Assembly (NCBI GenBank): GCA_963924885.1
Contig: CAWUUY010000369.1
Coordinates: forward strand, 1-37,480
Direction of reading: 5' to 3'
Length of the DNA: 37,480 bases
From: an uncultured Burkholderiales bacterium
Lineage (GTDB): Bacteria; Pseudomonadota; Gammaproteobacteria; Burkholderiales; SG8-41
Made by a program: the position numbers and the translations under genes. The notes below the pieces were generated by a model. The model did no database searches. It was not told where the DNA came from and saw only the letters and a list, made by a program, of their open reading frames with translations. Below are positions 1 to 8,034 of this stretch, in pieces (the stretch's first letter is position 1; each line of letters opens with the position of its first letter).

Positions 1-1
1 A

Positions 2-214
2 CTCGCGCGCGCGATCGACGACGGGATCGCGGTCTACGACCCGGTGCCGGCGGGCATGATGCGGCTGGCCGGACGCGAGCGCGCGCAGTTGCTGGTGCAA
101 TCCGCCAACCGTAACCGGTTACAACGCTTTCTCGCCGCGTGGCAACAAGCGTTGACGGAAAAAAAGGCCGGCGCCGCGCGCTGGTCGATTGATGTCGATC
201 CGCTGGAACTGTAG
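2..214 (+). CDS. priA: primosomal replication protein N' (PriA), C-terminal fragment; the gene starts left of the window
   Basis: The frame is open from the window edge to TAG at 212-214. The translation ...RERAQLLVQSANRNRLQRFLAAWQQAL...ARWSIDVDPLEL resembles the conserved PriA C-terminal tail. It is absent from the ORF track because it has no start codon in the window. Confidence 0.7.
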   Translation, partial: LARAIDDGIAVYDPVPAGMMRLAGRERAQLLVQSANRNRLQRFLAAWQQALTEKKAGAARWSIDVDPLEL

Positions 215-233
215 TCGTGCCTTTTGGCCGCCA

Positions 234-242
234 TGTTAGAAT
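234..242 (+). promoter_or_regulatory. candidate extended -10 promoter element (TGtTAGAAT) upstream of argS
   Basis: TG at 234-235, one nt, then TAGAAT at 237-242, about 65 nt upstream of the argS start. No good -35 hexamer is present. Confidence 0.3.
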
Positions 243-306
243 CTCTTGTTTTTAAACGATTTTTTGCTCTGGGCGCGATGGTTAGCTTTCCAGCGGCAGA
301 GCGCCA

Positions 307-2052
307 TTGGACATCATGAGCAACCCTACTTTCGCGGACGCCAAATCAGCCATGGTTGATTTGCTGACGACCGCACTGAATACGGTCGCGCCGGACGCGC
401 GCGGCACGGTCATCACGCTGGAGCGCCCCAAACAATCTCAGCACGGCGATTTTTCCTGCAACGTGGCGATGCAGCTCGCCAAGACATTGCGTGCGAAGCC
501 GCGCGATATCGCGCAAAAGCTGGTGGCGGCGCTGCCGGCCTCGGCGCTGCTGGAAAAAACTGATATCGCGGGAGCGGGTTTTATCAATCTGTATCTGACG
601 CGAGCCTGCAAACAAGGTGTTGTAAATCACATTCTGGCGTCGGGGCCTGCGTTTGGCAAAAGCGTTACGGGTGCGCGGAAGAAAATCCAGATCGAGTTTG
701 TTTCCGCCAATCCGACCGGCCCATTGCACGTCGGTCACGGGCGCGGCGCGGCGTACGGCGCGTGTCTGGCCAATGTGCTGGCCGCCATCGGACACGAGGT
801 GACGCGCGAGTTCTACATCAATGACGCGGGCCGGCAGATGGACATACTGGCGGTGTCGGTGTGGCTGCGTTATCTGGAAGCGCGGGGCGCGGTGGTTGCG
901 TTTCCCGCCGACGGTTATCGCGGCGATTATGTGCGCGACATCGCGCGCGTGCTGGATACCACGCACGGCGCGCGATTTCAACGGGAGTTTCCCACCACCG
1001 CGCCAACCGAGAGCGAAGATGCCGATGCGGCACTGGATGCACTGATTGCACGCGCGCGCGCGATACTTGGCGACGAATGGAAGGCGCTGCATGGTCACGC
1101 GCTGGCCGGCATGCTCGCGGATCAACGCGATGACCTGGGGCATTTCGGTGTGACGTACGATCGCTGGTTTTCCGAGCAGTCGCTGTTCGACAGCGGCGCG
1201 GTGGCACGCGCGATGGAAACACTGCAACGCAACGGCCACCTGTATGAAAAAGACGGCGCGCGCTGGTTTCGCTCCACCAACTTTGGCGATGAAAAAGACC
1301 GCGTGGTGTGCCGCGAGAACGGCCAGTTCACCTATTTCGCCTCGGACATCGCCTATCACCTAGACAAGATCGAGCGCGGCTACGATCAGTTGATCGATGT
1401 ATGGGGCGCCGATCATCACGGCTACATTGCGCGCGTCAAGGGCGCGCTCACCGCGCTGGGCGCGGATGCAGAGAAGCTCACCGTAACCTTGGTGCAGTTC
1501 GCCGTACTGTTCCGCGGCGGCGAAAAAATCGCCATGGGCAAGCGTTCCGGCGATTTTGTCACGCTGCGCGAATTGCGCGAGGAAGTGGGCAACGACGCGA
1601 CGCGCTTTTTTTACGTGCTGCGCAAAAGCGATCAGCATCTCGATTTTGATCTCGATCTGGCGAAATCACGCACCAACGAAAATCCGGTGTTTTACATTCA
1701 GTACGCCCATGCGCGTGTTTGCAGCGTCTACGCGCAGTGCAACGCCGATGCGGCCAGCGTCGCGGGCGCCGACCCGGCGCCGCTGGAGTCGGAAGCTGAA
1801 CTGGCGTTGTTGCAAAAACTTGCGGAGTATCCGGAGATCGTGGAAAGCGCGGCGCGCGAATTGTCGCCGCACCTGATCGCGTTTTATCTCAAGGATCTGG
1901 CCGCGCTGTTCCACAGTTATTACAACAGCACGCGTTTTCTGGTGGATGAGTTGGCGGTGCGCCATGCGCGTCTGGCGCTGGCGGGCGCGGTACGGCAAGT
2001 GCTAGTCAATGGCCTGGCGCTGCTGGGTGTCTCTGCGCCGGAAAAAATGTAA
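307..2052 (+). CDS. argS: arginine--tRNA ligase
   Basis: 581-aa ORF with the class I HIGH-region motif ANPTGPLHVGHGR and an ArgRS-like C-terminal anticodon-binding region. TTG at 307; an in-frame ATG at 316 is an alternative start. Confidence 0.95.
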   Translation: MDIMSNPTFADAKSAMVDLLTTALNTVAPDARGTVITLERPKQSQHGDFSCNVAMQLAKTLRAKPRDIAQKLVAALPASALLEKTDIAGAGFINLYLTRACKQGVVNHILASGPAFGKSVTGARKKIQIEFVSANPTGPLHVGHGRGAAYGACLANVLAAIGHEVTREFYINDAGRQMDILAVSVWLRYLEARGAVVAFPADGYRGDYVRDIARVLDTTHGARFQREFPTTAPTESEDADAALDALIARARAILGDEWKALHGHALAGMLADQRDDLGHFGVTYDRWFSEQSLFDSGAVARAMETLQRNGHLYEKDGARWFRSTNFGDEKDRVVCRENGQFTYFASDIAYHLDKIERGYDQLIDVWGADHHGYIARVKGALTALGADAEKLTVTLVQFAVLFRGGEKIAMGKRSGDFVTLRELREEVGNDATRFFYVLRKSDQHLDFDLDLAKSRTNENPVFYIQYAHARVCSVYAQCNADAASVAGADPAPLESEAELALLQKLAEYPEIVESAARELSPHLIAFYLKDLAALFHSYYNSTRFLVDELAVRHARLALAGAVRQVLVNGLALLGVSAPEKM

Positions 2053-2061
2053 GATACGGTC

Positions 2062-2634
2062 ATGTCCAAGGATTACAAACAACGCCCGAAAAAACGCGGC
2101 GACAACCCCGGCGGCTCGACCTTTGTCGGCATCCTGATCGGCCTGGTGCTGGGCCTGTCGATCTCGCTGGGCGTGGCGTGGTACATCAACAAGATGCCCA
2201 ATCCGTTCAAGGAAAAAGCACAGCCACCGACATCGCCCAAGGGCGCGCCCGCCAAGGCCCCTGACTCGGCGGCCACCGACAAGGGCCCGCGCTTTACGTT
2301 CCCCGAGATCCTCAAAGGCGACGAGAAATCCGAGCCCAAAGGGGACAAAGCAGACAAAGGCGAAAAGACGTCAACACCCGCACCGCGTGAAGCGTTCTTC
2401 CTCCAAGCGGGTTCGTTTCAAAATGCGCCCGACGCGGACAATCTGAAGGCGCGGTTGGCGCTGGTGGGTATAGAAGCGTCGATTCAGACCACGAATTTAC
2501 CCGACAAGGGTATGTGGCACCGCGTCAGGGTGGGGCCTCATACGGATGTGGAGGAACTGAATCGCATCCGCAGCATTCTCAAGCAGAACGGCGTGGATTC
2601 CGCCCTGGTCAAAGTGCGCGAGGCGGAAAAGTAG
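2062..2634 (+). CDS. SPOR domain-containing (FtsN/DedD-like) membrane protein
   Basis: 190 aa with an N-terminal TM helix (FVGILIGLVLGLSISLGVAWYI), a low-complexity Pro/Lys linker, and a C-terminal SPOR-type fold signature FFLQAGSFQNAPDADNLKARLALVGIEA...WHRVRVGP. Confidence 0.85.
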   Translation: MSKDYKQRPKKRGDNPGGSTFVGILIGLVLGLSISLGVAWYINKMPNPFKEKAQPPTSPKGAPAKAPDSAATDKGPRFTFPEILKGDEKSEPKGDKADKGEKTSTPAPREAFFLQAGSFQNAPDADNLKARLALVGIEASIQTTNLPDKGMWHRVRVGPHTDVEELNRIRSILKQNGVDSALVKVREAEK

Positions 2635-2672
2635 CGCGTCGCGGCAAGTTCACGCAGTTTCAGGGAGTCATT

Positions 2673-3356
2673 ATGCGTAGTGGTGGTGTGGTCGAAGTTG
2701 CAAATCGTTGGTTGTCGCAGATACTGGTAAGTGTGCTGGCGGTGCTGACTATGGCGATGGCCAGCCTGACATCCGCGCAACTCGTACCAGGAAAAGATTA
2801 TCTGGTTATCAAGCCGCCACAGCCCACGCCCGCGGGAAAGAACATCGAGGTGATTGATTTCTTTTGGTACGGCTGCGGCGGCTGCAACCAGTTGCAACCC
2901 ACGCTGTACGCGTGGCTGAAACGCAAACCCGCCGATGTCACGTTTCGCCGTCAGCCCGCTGCCTTTCAGGATAACTGGGTGCAACTGGCGCGCACCTATT
3001 ACGCCTTCGAAGCGCTCGACATGACCGACAAGCTGCATGGTGAAGTGTTCGACGCCATCCACAAAACCAAGGCGCTGAATCCGGCCACGCTGTCCAAAAG
3101 CCCGGATGCGCTGTTTGACTGGGTGGCGACCAAAGGCGTCAACCGGCAAAAATTCGTCGATGCCTACAAATCGTTTGGCGTGGCCAACCGCTCACAACGT
3201 ACCATTGACGTTACCGCGGCGTACAACATATCCAGCACGCCCACACTGGTGATAGATGGGCAGTATCTGGTAACGCCCTCGGGCGGCTACGACGTGTTTT
3301 TCAGGAATGTGGATCAATTGATCGAGTTGGCGCGAAAAAATCGCGGAGGGAAATAA
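2673..3356 (+). CDS. dsbA: thiol:disulfide interchange protein DsbA family (active site C-G-G-C)
   Basis: ATG at 2673 preceded by GGGAG. It has a signal peptide, the motif VIDFFWYGCGGC, and the cis-Pro loop STPTLVIDG. The upstream part of track ORF 2514-3356 overlaps the SPOR gene and is not coding. Confidence 0.85.
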   Translation: MRSGGVVEVANRWLSQILVSVLAVLTMAMASLTSAQLVPGKDYLVIKPPQPTPAGKNIEVIDFFWYGCGGCNQLQPTLYAWLKRKPADVTFRRQPAAFQDNWVQLARTYYAFEALDMTDKLHGEVFDAIHKTKALNPATLSKSPDALFDWVATKGVNRQKFVDAYKSFGVANRSQRTIDVTAAYNISSTPTLVIDGQYLVTPSGGYDVFFRNVDQLIELARKNRGGK

Positions 3357-4022
3357 ATGATGTCTAGTCTGAAACGCTTATTCCGGCTGTTCGCGGCCAG
3401 CATGACACTGGCGGCCATTGTTGCCGGAGCCGCCGGCGCGCAGACCCAGATACAAGGCCGGCCTCTCGAACAAACCTATCGTGTGATCCTGCCGCAGAAA
3501 GTCGACACCGGAGATCACATCGAGATCATCGATTTCTTTTGGTATGGATGACCCTTTTGTTATCAGTTTCTGCCCGTGCTGGCAGAATGGGAAAAAAGCA
3601 AACCGGCGGATGTCGTAGTACGCCGCATACCCGCGGTCTTGCGCGAGGGCTGGCTGGCCGATGCGCACCTTTACTACACGCTGGAACTGTTGGGAGAGGC
3701 GGATCGCCTGCATGCCCAGGTTTTCGAGAGCGTGCATAAAGGCCAGTTGCAAACCAGCAATACCGAAGCTGTTGCCGCATGGGCGGTGAAGAACGGCATC
3801 GATGCGCAAAAATGGCAGGCGGCCTATACGAATACCGAGGTTCGCGACCGTGTGGTTCATGCCATGAATCTCGCGCGCAATTACGATGTGCGCGGCACGC
3901 CCGCGGTGATCGTGGATGGCCTTTATCAAACCAGCCCCGGCATGGCGGGTAGCATGATGAGTATTCCCGCCGTGATGGATGCTCTGATCAAATTGGCGCG
4001 CGAACAGCGCAAGAAGCTCTAG
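3357..4022 (+). CDS. DsbA/DsbL-like thiol:disulfide oxidoreductase with an in-frame TGA (3549-3551) at the first active-site Cys; candidate selenoprotein, alternatively a nonsense pseudogene
   Basis: Track ORFs 3357-3551 and 3576-4022 share one frame, separated only by the TGA. The read-through protein aligns without gaps to the upstream paralog: IIDFFWYG[TGA]PFCYQFLPVLAEWEKSKPADV versus VIDFFWYGCGGCNQLQPTLYAWLKRKPADV. The signal peptide and the cis-Pro loop RGTPAVIVDG are intact. Confidence 0.6.
3568..3587 (+). promoter_or_regulatory. candidate SECIS-like stem-loop downstream of the in-frame UGA
   Basis: UUCUGCC (3568-3574) pairs perfectly with GGCAGAA (3581-3587). The 6-nt loop is CGUGCU, with GU at 3576-3577. 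The stem starts 16 nt after the UGA. The U-run at 3555-3558 and the A-run at 3592-3597 could extend a lower stem. Confidence 0.4.
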
Positions 4023-4029
4023 TTTCTTC

Positions 4030-4839
4030 TTGCGCGGCAAGGGCGTGCTGTTGCCAGACAGCGAAAAACCATTGCGTGTTTTCATCACCGGCGCCAGCAG
4101 CGGCATAGGGGCCGCGTTGGCGCAACGTTATGTCGCGCGCGGCGCCGTGCTCGGTCTGGTTGCCCGGCGCGCCGAGGCGCTGGCGACCATTACATCAAAA
4201 ATATCAATAAAAACATATAGTTACCTTGCCGACGTGCGCGATGCGTCACAGATGGCCAGCGCCGCGCAGGCGTTTCTGACCGACGCAGGCTGCCCCGACA
4301 TCGTGATTGCCAACGCCGGCGTGAGCGTGGGCACGTTGACCGAACATGCCGAAGACGCGGAAACCTTTCGGGCGGTGCTGGAAACCAATCTGTTAGGCGC
4401 CTTGCATACCTTCCAGCCGTTTGTGCCGGCGATGAAAGCGGCGGGGCGGGGCAAGTTGGCGGGCATTGCCAGTGTCGCCGGTTATCGCGGCTTGCCCGGC
4501 GCGGGCGCTTACTCGGCATCCAAGGCCGGACTGATCGCGTATCTGGAAAGTTTGCGCATCGAATTACAGCCGGCGGGTATCCGCGTCATCACCATTTGTC
4601 CCGGCTATATCGCCACGCCCATGACCGCGCATAATCCCTACGCGATGCCGTTCATGATAAGTGTGGAAGCCGCTGCGCAAAAAATCGAACGCGTCATCGC
4701 GGCAGATAAAACCTACGCCGTGATGCCATGGCAAATGGCGATCATCGCGCGCATCATGCGCGTGCTGCCGAACGGGCTGTTTGATCGCTTCGCGCGGGGT
4801 CGTCCACGCAAACAGCGCGCCGGGATTACTCGACGGTAA
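4030..4839 (+). CDS. short-chain dehydrogenase/reductase (SDR) family oxidoreductase
   Basis: It has the Rossmann motif [18 protein letters not shown] (IANAG), and the catalytic YSASK. The start is uncertain: TTG 4030, GTG 4045, or TTG 4051/4072. The 3' end overlaps the convergent glmS by 14 nt. Confidence 0.85.
   Translation: MRGKGVLLPDSEKPLRVFITGASSGIGAALAQRYVARGAVLGLVARRAEALATITSKISIKTYSYLADVRDASQMASAAQAFLTDAGCPDIVIANAGVSVGTLTEHAEDAETFRAVLETNLLGALHTFQPFVPAMKAAGRGKLAGIASVAGYRGLPGAGAYSASKAGLIAYLESLRIELQPAGIRVITICPGYIATPMTAHNPYAMPFMISVEAAAQKIERVIAADKTYAVMPWQMAIIARIMRVLPNGLFDRFARGRPRKQRAGITRR
4197..4224 (+). repeat. AT-rich 28-nt element, copy A (inside the SDR CDS, sense)
   Basis: AAAAATATCAATAAAAACATATAGTTAC. 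It matches copy B at 25/28 and copy C at 24/28. It is an A/T island in GC-rich coding DNA. Confidence 0.8.
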
Positions 4840-6667
4840 CGGACTTGGCGAGATTGCGCGGCTTATCCACATCGGTGCCGCGCAGCAGCGCCACGTGATA
4901 CGCCAGCAGTTGCAGCGGAATCACATGCAGTATCGGCGACAGCGGCCCCGCGTGATCCATCAATGCGATGGTATGCAGCCGATCGGCCTTGGTGATGTGT
5001 GCATCACGATCGGCAAACACATAAAGCTCGCCGCCTCGCGCGCGCACTTCCTGCAAGTTGGATTTGAGTTTTTCCAGCAACTGATCGTTGGGCGCGACGG
5101 TAACCACCGGCATGCCCGCATCCACCAGCGCCAGCGGGCCGTGCTTCAACTCGCCCGCCGCGTAGGCCTCGGCGTGGATGTACGAGATTTCCTTGAGCTT
5201 AAGCGCGCCTTCCATGGCAATCGGGAAATGCACGCCGCGCCCGAGGAACAAGGCATGCTGTTTGTTCTTGAAGCGTTTGGCCCATGCCGCAACCTGCGGC
5301 TCGACCGACAGCACGGATTCCATCGCGCGCGGCAAATGCCGCAAGGCTTTCAGAAAGTCACCTTCTTGCTTTGCGCTCAAGCGCTTACGCTGTTTCGCAA
5401 GCACCAGCGTGAGCACGAACAGCGCGGCCAACTGCGTGGTGAATGCCTTGGTGGACGCCACGCCGATTTCCGGCCCGGCACGGGTAAGGAAACGCAACTT
5501 TGATTGGCGGATCAGCGCGGATTCCGGCACATTGCAGATGGTCAGCGTGTCCTTTAACCCCAGCGCTTGCGCGTGCTTTAACGCGGCCAGCGTGTCGGCG
5601 GTTTCACCGGATTGCGAGATGGTGATGACCAGCGTTTTCGGAGTGGCCACCGGGTCGCGGTAACGATATTCGCTGGCGATTTCGACCGTGGTGGGGATGC
5701 CGGCGATGGATTCCAGCCAATAGCGTGCGACCATTCCGGCGTGGTAGCTGGTACCACAAGCCAGTATCAGTATATTATTGTTTTTATTGAATATTTTGTC
5801 GGCGCCAGTACCAAACAAATTAGGCTGAAGTAAGCGGGCACTCATCACCATTTCGAGCGTATTGGCGATGGCGCCCGGCTGCTCGAAAATCTCTTTTTGC
5901 ATGTAGTGCTGGTAGCGCCCGAGGTCCGCGGCGTCGGCGCTCAGTTTGCTGCGCGTGATCGAACGGCGCGCGGTTTTGCCGTTGGCGTCACGGATCGAGA
6001 CGCCATCGGGGCGAACCTCCACCACGTCGCCTTCTTCGAGGTAGACCATGTCGCGGGTGCGCGCGAGCAGCGCGCTCGCATCGGAGGCCAGAAAATTTTC
6101 GTTTTTGCCACGACCTACCAACAGCGGCGAACCCTTGCGCGCCCCCACCACCACGTGCGGCTCGCGATTAGAAATAAAACCCACGGCGTAAGCCCCTTCC
6201 CACGCGCGGCTGGCTTTTTGCACGGCATCGAAAAGCGACAAGCCCGTGGCCACCAGCGAATGCACATGATGCACCATCACCTCGCTGTCGGTTTCCGAGG
6301 TAAAGCGGTAGCCCTTGGCTTTTATGCGCGCACGCAACGCCTCGTGATTTTCGACGATGCCGTTATGCACGATGCCGATTTCAAGGCCGTTGCGTTGCGA
6401 GAAATGCGGATGGGCGTTGGCTTCGGACGGCACGCCGTGCGTGGCCCAGCGCGTGTGCGCAAGGCCGGTGGTAGCGGTCACGCGGATTTTGCGCGCCAGT
6501 TGTTCCAAGTGCGCCACGCGTCCCGTGGAGCGCAGGCGGGAGAGTTTGCCGTCCGCAACGAAGGCAATACCCGTGGAGTCGTAGCCGCGGTATTCGAGCT
6601 TGAGGATGCCGCCGATCAACAGATCAATGATATTGCGTGATGACGCCGCGCCGACGATGCCGCACAT
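4826..6667 (-). CDS. glmS: glutamine--fructose-6-phosphate aminotransferase (isomerizing)
   Basis: 613 aa with the N-terminal MCGIVG nucleophile, SIS-domain motifs ([20 protein letters not shown]), and the C-terminal [15 protein letters not shown]. Confidence 0.97.
   Translation of the reverse strand: MCGIVGAASSRNIIDLLIGGILKLEYRGYDSTGIAFVADGKLSRLRSTGRVAHLEQLARKIRVTATTGLAHTRWATHGVPSEANAHPHFSQRNGLEIGIVHNGIVENHEALRARIKAKGYRFTSETDSEVMVHHVHSLVATGLSLFDAVQKASRAWEGAYAVGFISNREPHVVVGARKGSPLLVGRGKNENFLASDASALLARTRDMVYLEEGDVVEVRPDGVSIRDANGKTARRSITRSKLSADAADLGRYQHYMQKEIFEQPGAIANTLEMVMSARLLQPNLFGTGADKIFNKNNNILILACGTSYHAGMVARYWLESIAGIPTTVEIASEYRYRDPVATPKTLVITISQSGETADTLAALKHAQALGLKDTLTICNVPESALIRQSKLRFLTRAGPEIGVASTKAFTTQLAALFVLTLVLAKQRKRLSAKQEGDFLKALRHLPRAMESVLSVEPQVAAWAKRFKNKQHALFLGRGVHFPIAMEGALKLKEISYIHAEAYAAGELKHGPLALVDAGMPVVTVAPNDQLLEKLKSNLQEVRARGGELYVFADRDAHITKADRLHTIALMDHAGPLSPILHVIPLQLLAYHVALLRGTDVDKPRNLAKSVTVE
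5770..5797 (-). repeat. AT-rich 28-nt element, copy H (inside the glmS CDS, sense)
   Basis: The minus strand reads AAAATATTCAATAAAAACAATAATATAC. It shares the CAATAAAAACA core and the AAAATAT flank with copies A and B, with a 1-nt indel. Confidence 0.7.
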
Positions 6668-6668
6668 A

Positions 6669-8027
6669 TTATCTTTTGTCCTTTTTCACCGGGCGCTTCC
6701 AGCCTTGAATGGAAACCTGCTTAGCTCGCGAAATCGCCAGGTCGCCCGCCGCGACATCCTTGGTAATGGTGGCGCCCGCGCCGATGGTGGCGCCTCGATG
6801 CACGGTCACCGGTGCAACGAGTTGCGTATCGGAGCCGATGAACACGTCATCCTCGATCACCGTGCGGTGCTTGTTGGCGCCATCGTAGTTGCAGGTGATC
6901 GTGCCGGCGCCCACGTTGACGTTGCGCCCGACGCTGGTGTCGCCGATATAGGCCAGATGATTTGCCTTGGAGCCATGGCCGATGTCGCTGGCCTTGACCT
7001 CGACAAAGTTGCCGATATGCACCTCGTCAGCCAGCTTCGCGCCGGGGCGCAGCCGCGCATAGGGGCCGATACGGCAGTTGGCGCCGATGGTGGCGTCGAC
7101 CAGATGCGAGTACGGCTCGACACGCGTGCCCGCCTGAATTTGCACGTTTTGCAGCACACAGTGCGCGCCGATCGCCACGTCGTCGGCAAGAGTGACTTTG
7201 CCTTCGAAAATGCAGCCGATGTCGATACTCACATCGCCCCCGCAAGTCAGATCGCCGCGCACATCGATACGTGCCGGGTCGGCAAGGGTGACACCTTGTT
7301 CGAGCAGACGCTGCGCGGTTTGTTGTTGCACGTGGCGTTCAAGCTGCGCGAGTTGGGTTTTACTGTTGACTCCCAGTGTTTCCCATGCGTCCGCCGCCGG
7401 GATGCCGCTCACCGCCACCCGGTCGGCCAGCGCCAGCGGCACGATGTCGGTCAGGTAGTACTCTTTTTGCGCATTCTGCGGTTTCAACTTGCCGAGCCAT
7501 ACGGCCAGCCTCGCGGTGGGCAACGCCATGATGCCCGTGTTCACTTCACGGATTTTCTGTTGCGCGGCGCTGGCGTCTTTTTCTTCGACGATGGCGCGCA
7601 CTTGTTTGCTCTTGCGCACGATGCGGCCATAACCCGTGGGGTCGTCGAGCAATGCAGTGAGTATGCGCACACCTTTGCCAGCGATCAACCCGCGCAGCGT
7701 TTCGGAGTTTATCAGCGGCACGTCACCAAAAAGCACCAGGGTGGTTTCGGCCTGGCTTAACAACGGCACGGCTTGTTGCAACGCGTGGCCGGTCCCTTTT
7801 TGTTCGGCTTGCAGCGCGAAGGCCACATCCGGGGCGGCAACGGCGTCGCGCACGGCATCGCCGCCATGCCCATAAACCACCACGATTTTTTTCGGCGACA
7901 GCGCGCGCGCGGCGGTCAGCACATACGCGAGCAGCGGCTTGTCGGCGAGTGGATGCAGCACTTTCGGCAGACGCGAAAACATGCGCTTGCCTTGCCCCGC
8001 CGCGAGTATGACCACGTTCAATTTCAT
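6669..8027 (-). CDS. glmU: bifunctional UDP-N-acetylglucosamine diphosphorylase / glucosamine-1-phosphate N-acetyltransferase
   Basis: 452 aa with the N-terminal LAAGQGKRM nucleotidyltransferase motif and C-terminal left-handed beta-helix hexapeptide repeats. Confidence 0.97.
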   Translation of the reverse strand: MKLNVVILAAGQGKRMFSRLPKVLHPLADKPLLAYVLTAARALSPKKIVVVYGHGGDAVRDAVAAPDVAFALQAEQKGTGHALQQAVPLLSQAETTLVLFGDVPLINSETLRGLIAGKGVRILTALLDDPTGYGRIVRKSKQVRAIVEEKDASAAQQKIREVNTGIMALPTARLAVWLGKLKPQNAQKEYYLTDIVPLALADRVAVSGIPAADAWETLGVNSKTQLAQLERHVQQQTAQRLLEQGVTLADPARIDVRGDLTCGGDVSIDIGCIFEGKVTLADDVAIGAHCVLQNVQIQAGTRVEPYSHLVDATIGANCRIGPYARLRPGAKLADEVHIGNFVEVKASDIGHGSKANHLAYIGDTSVGRNVNVGAGTITCNYDGANKHRTVIEDDVFIGSDTQLVAPVTVHRGATIGAGATITKDVAAGDLAISRAKQVSIQGWKRPVKKDKR

Positions 8028-8034
8028 CGCGAAA

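Noticed and set aside
215-306. I looked for a leader, riboswitch or T-box upstream of argS. GCTCTG...CAGAGC and GGCGC...GCGCC complementary segments are present.
   Set aside because: The stems are short, the loops are large, and there is no recognisable conserved RNA motif. Only a possible extended -10 element is reported, at low confidence.
346-1359. A long (337 aa) minus-strand ORF antisense to argS, with several smaller nested ORFs at 818-1998.
   Set aside because: It lies entirely inside the well-supported argS CDS. The translation is Arg/Ala/Gly/His-rich low-complexity sequence typical of antisense frames in high-GC DNA. It has no recognisable motifs.
2514-2672. The upstream 53 codons of the track ORF for the first dsbA.
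   Set aside because: They overlap the SPOR gene 3' end in another frame. A proper RBS plus ATG at 2673 precedes a normal signal peptide.
4201-4213. An IHF-like core (TATCAA) within copies A and K of the A/T element.
   Set aside because: The downstream TTR of the WATCAANNNNTTR consensus is absent, and the ATCAA core is not conserved in copies B, C, H and I.
4863-4871. A perfect DnaA box TTATCCACA near the glmS 3' end.
   Set aside because: It is isolated, lies inside the conserved DVDKPRN-coding segment of glmS, and has no neighbouring boxes. It is most likely coincidental.
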